Origin: a virus
IMG/VR virus record: IMGVR_UViG_3300032242_000468
Coordinates: 32,001-96,000 of that record
Reading direction: 5' to 3' (one strand)
DNA length: 64,000 nt
Numbering within the stretch: the stretch's first letter is position 1; each line of letters opens with the position of its first letter. Positions 58,501-64,000 of this stretch are shown piece by piece. A program made the translations under genes and the position numbers. The notes beneath the pieces are model-generated. The model saw only the letters and a list, made by a program, of their open reading frames with translations, made no database searches and was not told the origin of the DNA.

Positions 58501-61500
58501 TCTATTGTTGTGCAAGGATCATCTCTCTTAATTACAACAGATTCCACACACAATTTAAAAGTAAATGATTATATTAATATAACACAATTTGATAATACTA
58601 TCAATGGAATTTATCAAGTTCAAAAAATTGTATCTAATACACAATTTATTGTTAAGTCAATACTTACAACTTTGCCCACTGCATTTTTTCCAGGTATAGG
58701 AATCCTATTTAAATTTGTATCAGTTAGATTTGAGTTTATAGATGATATTGCTAATCACCCATTAATAAACTCTCTCGGGTACGGTGAAAAACTATGGATT
58801 GATAATGACGGCTCAGGTAGGTGGCTTGTTTTAGAAAAACAACAACCATATAATATTTCTTCATATCAGCCTACATCAATAGAAATTGGGTCTAGCATTA
58901 ATTCTAGATTTTCAGAGCGTATTATCATAGATTCTACTGGTGAAAAAATTATTGTCAGTGCTCCAAATTATCAAAATACTTTTACAGGAATTGATGGGCT
59001 AGTCTATGCGTTACGTAAGAATGGCACAGGTACTAATTCTATTGTAAATGTATCTGAAATTAAATTAAATATTGACAAAATTGGGACTTACTATAGCACA
59101 ACCAGTTCGTCTGGATTTGGTAAAGCAGTGGCGTTTGATGCCGATAACGATATTATAATAGCAAGTGCACCATATGCTAGCGGAGTAAAATACACTACAA
59201 GTACCTCAACATTCTATAGTGTAACAATCAATGCCGCAACAGGAACTTATGTTAACCAAGGTTTAGTTAAATGGGAAACTATAAATTATGATTACGAAAG
59301 AGTAACAAATAATTTTGTTATTACTAGCCCTGAGCCTCAAAGTAATGCTTATTTCGGTTATGATCTATATTTAGGAAATATATCTCCTAGTGAAAAATTA
59401 CTGGCGGTCACTAGCCCTGGTCAAAATTCTAATGCAGGTGCAGTTTATTGGTCGAGATATTCTGTTACCACTACAAATACAGTAGTATATATTAATACAA
59501 TTACTAACACACAACATAAATTAGATCCAATAGAACAACAACCTGTGTCTGGCGATCAATTTGGGTATGCTATATCTGGAGATCTAAAAGGAAATAACTT
59601 AGCAGTAAGTGCTCCTGGGTTAACTGACGGGTCTGGCGGAGTTTATATTTTTACCTATGAACCTATTAATTCTAGATTTACAAATACACAACTCATAAGA
59701 GCAATCGATTTAGGAGTTACCTATACCGGTGTAGGTTTTGGTAATTCAATATTGATTGATAACACAGGCAGATTTTTGTTTATAAGCGCATCTGGTTCTT
59801 TAGATACAGATTACAAGGTTGGAAAAGTGTTTGTATTTTCACGTGTTTACAATGAGTTTGTTTACAGCCAAACACTAGTATGTCCTTTTGATAATTCCGG
59901 ATTTTTCTTTGGATCAAATTTATCAATTTCGCCTAATGGTAAATCTTTATATATTTCTAGTAGTCAAGCATCGACTCAACCAGATATTACATTTGAAAAA
60001 TATAGTAATACCTATAAATCTTCTTATATAAATGATCCTAATAGTACGCCTACAGTAACTCCTACAACGTTTGACGGGAAAACAACAAAATTTAAATCTA
60101 AGAGTATTATTGGGAATGGCTCAGTTTATGAATTTGAAAGATTAGACAACAAATTTTACTTTGCTCACGAAGTTAAAAATCCTAAACCTACATCCTATCA
60201 AAATTTTGGATCTAGTATAGCGGCTTCTAATTTTTGCGCCCTTATTGGATCTCCAGGGCAAGTAAATCAAACTGAATCTGTTGGTTATTTTAATATCTAC
60301 GACCATTCAAACCTTACATGGAATATACTAAGGCAAGAAGATAATCTTATAAATCTTACTAAAGTTAAAACTGCAAAAACAATCGATACTACTCAACAGA
60401 CTATAGTAGACTATCTTGAAATTTATGATCCGTTAAAAGGTCGTATTCCGGCACTGGCTGATCAAGAAATCAAATACAAAACAGCATTTGATCCTGCGGT
60501 TTATTCTATTGGTGTCCCTGGTGTAACTGTAGATACCAATACAAATTGGTTAGACGAACATGTTGGAGAGTTATGGTGGGATCTTAACTCAGTAAAATAT
60601 GTTTGGTATGAACAAGGCGAATTAGATTTTAGAAATAATTCTTGGGGTAATTTATTCCCTGGTTGCACGATCGATGTTTATGAATGGGTGTCTAGTACAA
60701 ATATGCCTAATCAGTGGAGTGCAATTGCAGATACTAATGCAGGGCTTGGCCAGAATATAAGCGGACAACCTAAGTTTCCTTCTAATTCTGTTCTTAGTAT
60801 TAAACAAGTTTATAATGCCACTACAAATGCTCTAACCAATATATATTATTTCTGGGTTAAGAATAAAATTACTATACCACAGGTACCTGGTAGAAGCATG
60901 AGTGCATATAATGTCTCTCAACTAATTGCAAATCCTAAATCGCAAGGAATGAAATATGTATCTTTGATTGCCAATAATGCGTTATCATTAACAAATATGA
61001 AACCTAGTGTTGTAGGAACTACTATCAATCTAAACATTGATATGGACTCTACTAATAATGTAGGTAATAAACATACAGAATGGTTGTTAGTACAAGAAGG
61101 CAATTCCAGTAGTCAATTTAATAATTCCTTAATCCAAAAATTCAAAGATAGTCTATTAGGAAGAGATAGTTTAGGTAATCCTGTACCTGATCCTGCACTA
61201 TCTGATAGATTAAAATATGGCGTAAGTATTCGTCCTAGACAAAGTATTTTTAAAGATAGATTCGCCGCTCTACGAACACTCACTGAGTATAGTAATGCAA
61301 CTTTAAGTACTATTAATTTTGTTGGTATTGACAATATAAATTATTTTACCTCAAGTGAAGCCTATGCCCAACCTGCCGAAGGTGTTTACGATGTAGTAGT
61401 TGATTCTGTAGTAGCACGAGATCAAACTATTATAACAAGAAAATTGGCACAGGCTGTTTTATCAGTCTCACTAACTTATGGAAGAATTACCGGAGTAACT

Positions 61501-64000
61501 ATTACAACCGCAGGATACGGATATGGTAAACTTTATCCTATAGAGTATGATATAAACGACAATCCAACATTATGGATAGGCCCTACAGTAGAAATTATAG
61601 GTGATGGTGTAGATGCTAAAATCATTACTTTTGTAAACACTGTGGGACAAATTGTTCGTACTAAAATAAAGAATCCTGGAAAAAATTATACATCTGCTCC
61701 TGCGGTTATTGTAAGACCTTTTACAGTTTTAGTTCAGTCTGACGAAACTGTTAATAATCGTTGGAGTTACTATACATGGGATTATACAAATAAAGTTTAT
61801 TCAAGAATCAAAACCCAAAGTTGGAATACCCCAGAATACTGGTCGTATATTGATTGGAAAGATCCAACATACAATAAAAATCAAGATATTAGAAGTACAG
61901 TTGATAGTATATATGAACTAGCATACATAGAAAATGTTAAAGCCGGAACTTACGTTAAAGTTAATAATGCAGGCGATGGTCGTTACATTATTTTAAGGAA
62001 AACAAATGGAACTACAGGAACATTTGATAATCAGTTTGATCTAATTTATCAACAAAATGGAACTATTCAAATTAGTGACATGATTTGGGATAATCAATTT
62101 GGGTTTGATTATCAAATTGGGTTTGATCAATTGAAGTATGATCAAAAGCCTGATATAGAAACTGAAAATATTATTAACGGTTTATTAAGTCTTGCTACTC
62201 AGGAACATTCTAAGTACACTAATTTACTAATGTTTAAATTGGTCAAATACGCTTTGACAGAACAGAAATTTGTAGATTGGGCATTCAAAACATCATTTAT
62301 TACTGTGGTTAATAATGCAGGTGCTCTTGACCAACGTCCTACATATAGACTCAATAATGAGACATATTATGAACAATATATCAATGAAACCAAGCCTTAT
62401 CATACAAAAATTCGTAATTTTCAGGCAAATTATACTGCTACAGATTTTACACAGTCATTGACTACTGATTTTGACACACCGGCTGTTTATAATACCTTAA
62501 CACAGAAATTTGTTCCTGTGCAATTAGGTAATTCATTGATGTTAAAATCACCATGGCGCGAATGGTATAAAAATTATACCTATCATGTTGATAGTGTAGA
62601 AATTTATAGCGGCGGATCGGGCTATCAATACGCACCTCAAGTAGTGTTTAGCCCGGCGCCCGGCGATAGCGGATCGGGCGCCGCCGGTGAGGCTTACATC
62701 AGCCAAGGTAAAGTTACTAAAGTTATTATTACAAATCCCGGTTCTGGATATGCGGCTACTCCAATAATGACTTTACTAGGAGGCGGACCAACAACATTAA
62801 CTCCAGCAAGATTTGGTATCAGAATGAGTAATGGCCTTGTTCGCTCACAGACAATTACATTAAAATTTGATCGAGTGTCTGGGTATAATGAAATTAATTC
62901 TGCACAAACAGAAGATACATTCCGTGCTAACGGTTATTCGGATACTTATAAACTAACCTGGACTCCTACCCCAGAAAAATCATTGACTAATATTACTGTT
63001 AATGGTATTAAACTTTTGTCTGATGCTTATAGTTTTAATATTGGCACAGAAACATTTAACGGTTATACAAAGAGTTATGGTGAAGTCAAACTAGTAAATG
63101 TTCCTCCATACACGGCAACAGTTGTGGTTAACTATGTTAAAGACATTGGATTATACCATGCAGTAGATCGTATTCGTGACTACTATAAACCAGAATCGGG
63201 AATGCCTGGTAATACAGCCACAATGTTAATGGCAGGATTAGAATATCCTGGTGTTACTGTAGATACACTTCCTCTTGTATCATCGACAGGCTATGATTCT
63301 ACTCCTTATGGATCTAACAATTGGGACGACTACGAAACTGAAACTGGATTGTATCAAACAATTGGTAGTGCAAATACATCGGTATATACACTAAACTACG
63401 TTCCGCAGATTGGTAATACATTAACTGTTTATGTCAATAATATTAGAATATATGGGACTAGCACGTACACTACATCAAGTAATTTAGAACTTGTCAATGG
63501 TATAATTCAGCCAGATGGTTATACAAATACAATTAATATTCATCAATTAACTCCAGATGGTTCGATTGGTCCTATTGAGATTGACCGAGAAGCAATAGTT
63601 ACATCTGAAGAGTTAGGAGGCCCGTATGAAAGAATTTCCTTTAATATACCGGCAAACACTGCTACCAATCAAATTACCACAAGCGGATGGTTATGTTACA
63701 TTGATGGAATTACAACTCCATTTAATGTCACTTCTATCAGTACTGGTAGTCCGAGGATTGTTATATTAAACTCGGGAACAGAATTTATATTAAATTTTCC
63801 TGTTAAATTTTATTTGCCAGGAACTCCGCAAATAGTTGATTTTAGGCTTGCAACTAGCGACGGTTCGATACCAATTGTAGATCCTGACTTAGATACTTAT
63901 ATTTCTGGAGGACAAGAATTTACAACTAAAGTAACTTCTGGAGTTGCAGATAATCCATCTCCATTATTAGACGATATAATCATAGATGGTGATAATCTGG
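52561..64000 (+). CDS. Partial giant baseplate wedge/fibre-anchor protein (gp7-like position), >3800 aa, runs off right edge
   Basis: Absent from the ORF track, consistent with having no stop in the window. Starts at the TAATG overlap with gp6: MPANVSKVSYLGSTSTNRRTIDLLPTIFKTDRNAKFL...WDKLVNFEKYYW. Contains CBM-like modules, FG-GAP-like propeller repeats and GGSGY motifs. Confidence 0.85.
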   Translation, partial: MPANVSKVSYLGSTSTNRRTIDLLPTIFKTDRNAKFLAGTIDQYLEPAKVERVNGWVGTKNTPTYNPSTDNYIPTNSPLRSAYQVEPALIVNDANLKPQETLAYDDLINQLKFNGANVSNLGKLFNPEFYSYNPNINWDKLVNFEKYYWMPYGPDVVTVTGQLKNTISSYTVSDANGNFLFTPDGLTEAPQLTLYRGVTYIFNIRSTKKFWIKTQRVAGTDSPFRVITTNGISHGQIIFTVDENTPKKLFYVAEDNVLNGGEIVIESIEDNSNLNVVNDIIGKSTFTSGNGVIFSNGMRVSFAGNITPAEYQTGEYFVEGVGSEIKLINAASLEVPEQFISNLDDNFDGAPFDDYPFDTFINAPLTPEYVTIDRSSIDRNPWTRYNRWFHEDVIISSATYNNRTPVLPVELRAKRPIVEFLPNLQLFNFGSLAVENVQHLDSTTTDVFNSIEGSEGFYVDGVELANGDRIIFTANTDNYVNRRVWIVNFVQVDGKLKIALVEDTELSIGTNVVITQGAKHKGSSWWFDGIQWVYAQQKIVLNQAPRFDVFDSEGYGLSDTAKYQSNFTGTKIFGYGIGTGVSDSILGFPLKYQSVADQAFYLFENYFTQDQITVVNGNQTSYISLSTNYLKKNSATGYSYINIWEESQSYTTPILQSVVPTSPATVLEITCVDFPAYQSLTLEVYRNNIKLFENIDYTRYVDTSRLFVLFTKSIQTTDHILFKVYGNAVPNSNGFYEISPGWLNNPMNGDIQEFTLSELTDHFKSMADRNPKFTGNYLGSNNSRDLINFASYGTRLIKNKNPLAFAGYFITDQTHNVISAVTTVERHYNQFKLGFISQATALKGIYKPSKAVDIILHNMNLAKNPSSQYYHSDMLAYGPDVISNTITVTDSRNTMYGLNSTYVSGVNNPRSVIVYHVPASTGLEYQLFYGHDYIFDQYDPTVVITKPLVKGDKIIICDYPSTDGSFIPPTPTKLGLYPKFTPAIYYDDSYSGDPKLVIRGHDGSISLAFNDYRDQIILELETRIYNNIKVNYNPELINIHSVTPGRFRTTKIVKTTVNNILRSQFLKWNNFYGFDYELNDTYSDDPKTWNFITANDPATKIPLYGNHRGIYSYYFDTTTPHLTPWEMLGFSEMPAWWIDTYGPAPYTSGNLILWDDLEKGYVRDPMNSRINPLYVRTGLSKIIPVDEYGNLLDPAASNIAQNVNPNSINLNWKFGDQGPVETAWRRSSHYPFSIQILMALSNPANYASLMFDTSRISINPASQYVYSETNNFLKLSDLVIYGDTINGSIVRATGYSAMLVETGKIKSLTYIADLKTYLSNMTMQLLTKVGGFVSKDKLEIIIDSINPASVNPGVALSNEDYQIFLNQSSVVDSIGVSGIIIQKTDTGYILRGYDNTEPYFTSFTPIPGGAITIGGASEPFVKWAASSPTDSGLTPGELSTAVTANTGYIFYKAGQVVYYNGRYYRAKVGHTSGSTFNINYFQPLPALPHIGGISVNTPVKFDTTPVVTPYGVTFSTYQEVYDLIVGYGSWLESQGVIFDEYNSDLNDIMNWNYTGKEFLYWASQGWSSNSIITLSPFANSLQYQNSTAMVDDLGNTAYEYSVLKADGKPLPIHNLNAIRQDGTISVSTRNTNDGIYFIRFNSVQKEHNLIFNNTSLFNDIIYNVETGYSQRRLKLNGLRTSQWDGSLYSPGFIYDEAMVDNWTEYTDYHPGDVVLYSGNYYSAIKKLTGVSSFNFNDWQLLDKKPTAQLLPNFDYKINQFQDFYSLDIDNFDSNQQALAQHLIGYTPRPYLDNIFANPVSQYKFYQGFIREKGTRNSITKLAKASKQTLDSYIDYYEEWAFRVGEFGSFDTDYSIELNLDETKFEQNPQIIEFIPTAFASSAFQTRIYQTPSDLIIKPNNYNSRPFDTTSTVYSDVFKLPYAGYVRLNDVTATAFNKATLTNISNSRGLSDGDTIWIGFTENLGWDVYRHTKLPAVVVDASIVVQGSSLLITTDSTHNLKVNDYINITQFDNTINGIYQVQKIVSNTQFIVKSILTTLPTAFFPGIGILFKFVSVRFEFIDDIANHPLINSLGYGEKLWIDNDGSGRWLVLEKQQPYNISSYQPTSIEIGSSINSRFSERIIIDSTGEKIIVSAPNYQNTFTGIDGLVYALRKNGTGTNSIVNVSEIKLNIDKIGTYYSTTSSSGFGKAVAFDADNDIIIASAPYASGVKYTTSTSTFYSVTINAATGTYVNQGLVKWETINYDYERVTNNFVITSPEPQSNAYFGYDLYLGNISPSEKLLAVTSPGQNSNAGAVYWSRYSVTTTNTVVYINTITNTQHKLDPIEQQPVSGDQFGYAISGDLKGNNLAVSAPGLTDGSGGVYIFTYEPINSRFTNTQLIRAIDLGVTYTGVGFGNSILIDNTGRFLFISASGSLDTDYKVGKVFVFSRVYNEFVYSQTLVCPFDNSGFFFGSNLSISPNGKSLYISSSQASTQPDITFEKYSNTYKSSYINDPNSTPTVTPTTFDGKTTKFKSKSIIGNGSVYEFERLDNKFYFAHEVKNPKPTSYQNFGSSIAASNFCALIGSPGQVNQTESVGYFNIYDHSNLTWNILRQEDNLINLTKVKTAKTIDTTQQTIVDYLEIYDPLKGRIPALADQEIKYKTAFDPAVYSIGVPGVTVDTNTNWLDEHVGELWWDLNSVKYVWYEQGELDFRNNSWGNLFPGCTIDVYEWVSSTNMPNQWSAIADTNAGLGQNISGQPKFPSNSVLSIKQVYNATTNALTNIYYFWVKNKITIPQVPGRSMSAYNVSQLIANPKSQGMKYVSLIANNALSLTNMKPSVVGTTINLNIDMDSTNNVGNKHTEWLLVQEGNSSSQFNNSLIQKFKDSLLGRDSLGNPVPDPALSDRLKYGVSIRPRQSIFKDRFAALRTLTEYSNATLSTINFVGIDNINYFTSSEAYAQPAEGVYDVVVDSVVARDQTIITRKLAQAVLSVSLTYGRITGVTITTAGYGYGKLYPIEYDINDNPTLWIGPTVEIIGDGVDAKIITFVNTVGQIVRTKIKNPGKNYTSAPAVIVRPFTVLVQSDETVNNRWSYYTWDYTNKVYSRIKTQSWNTPEYWSYIDWKDPTYNKNQDIRSTVDSIYELAYIENVKAGTYVKVNNAGDGRYIILRKTNGTTGTFDNQFDLIYQQNGTIQISDMIWDNQFGFDYQIGFDQLKYDQKPDIETENIINGLLSLATQEHSKYTNLLMFKLVKYALTEQKFVDWAFKTSFITVVNNAGALDQRPTYRLNNETYYEQYINETKPYHTKIRNFQANYTATDFTQSLTTDFDTPAVYNTLTQKFVPVQLGNSLMLKSPWREWYKNYTYHVDSVEIYSGGSGYQYAPQVVFSPAPGDSGSGAAGEAYISQGKVTKVIITNPGSGYAATPIMTLLGGGPTTLTPARFGIRMSNGLVRSQTITLKFDRVSGYNEINSAQTEDTFRANGYSDTYKLTWTPTPEKSLTNITVNGIKLLSDAYSFNIGTETFNGYTKSYGEVKLVNVPPYTATVVVNYVKDIGLYHAVDRIRDYYKPESGMPGNTATMLMAGLEYPGVTVDTLPLVSSTGYDSTPYGSNNWDDYETETGLYQTIGSANTSVYTLNYVPQIGNTLTVYVNNIRIYGTSTYTTSSNLELVNGIIQPDGYTNTINIHQLTPDGSIGPIEIDREAIVTSEELGGPYERISFNIPANTATNQITTSGWLCYIDGITTPFNVTSISTGSPRIVILNSGTEFILNFPVKFYLPGTPQIVDFRLATSDGSIPIVDPDLDTYISGGQEFTTKVTSGVADNPSPLLDDIIIDGDNL

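Noticed and set aside
543-61334. Numerous 60-176-aa ORFs overlapping or antisense to the long genes (e.g. 39426..39941, 44740..45270, 60918..61334)
   Set aside because: These are shadow frames of well-supported genes, with no motifs or translation signals.
1-64000. Alternative genetic code (stop-codon reassignment) as in some jumbo phages
   Set aside because: Conserved genes and multi-kb ORFs are intact in the standard code with near-complete coding density.

Overview
This window is a gene-dense, AT-rich 64 kb segment of a large T4-like (myovirus, probably jumbo) bacteriophage, almost entirely the virion morphogenesis region. On the minus strand (1-33.8 kb) are two giant paralogous repeat proteins (4058 and 2197 aa), small structural genes, a glycosyltransferase-like gene, the head module (gp23 capsid, gp22 scaffold, gp21 protease, core proteins, gp20 portal) and a tape-measure-like gene. 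The centre (33.9-41.1 kb) holds a tail chaperone/gp26-like pair with a likely -1 frameshift, a probable internal head protein, a ~430-nt highly structured non-coding element directly downstream of a compact GIY-YIG nuclease gene, gp46/gp47 and a gp55-like late sigma factor. On the plus strand (41.2-64 kb) is the baseplate module (tube initiator, gp53, hub, gp5 with a C-terminal lytic transglycosylase, gp25, gp6) and a >3800-aa wedge/fibre ORF that runs off the window. TAAATA late-promoter boxes precede most structural genes. Two observations stand out. (1) The ~165-aa repeats of the giant proteins align by eye, in register, with phycobiliprotein (globin-fold) subunits, including the bilin-attachment C-x-R-D motif, and occur as balanced, nested A/B pairs. 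(2) A large pseudoknotted RNA candidate lies next to a GIY-YIG nuclease that lacks a DNA-targeting domain. All assignments come from reading motifs by eye; no database searches or folding programs were run.
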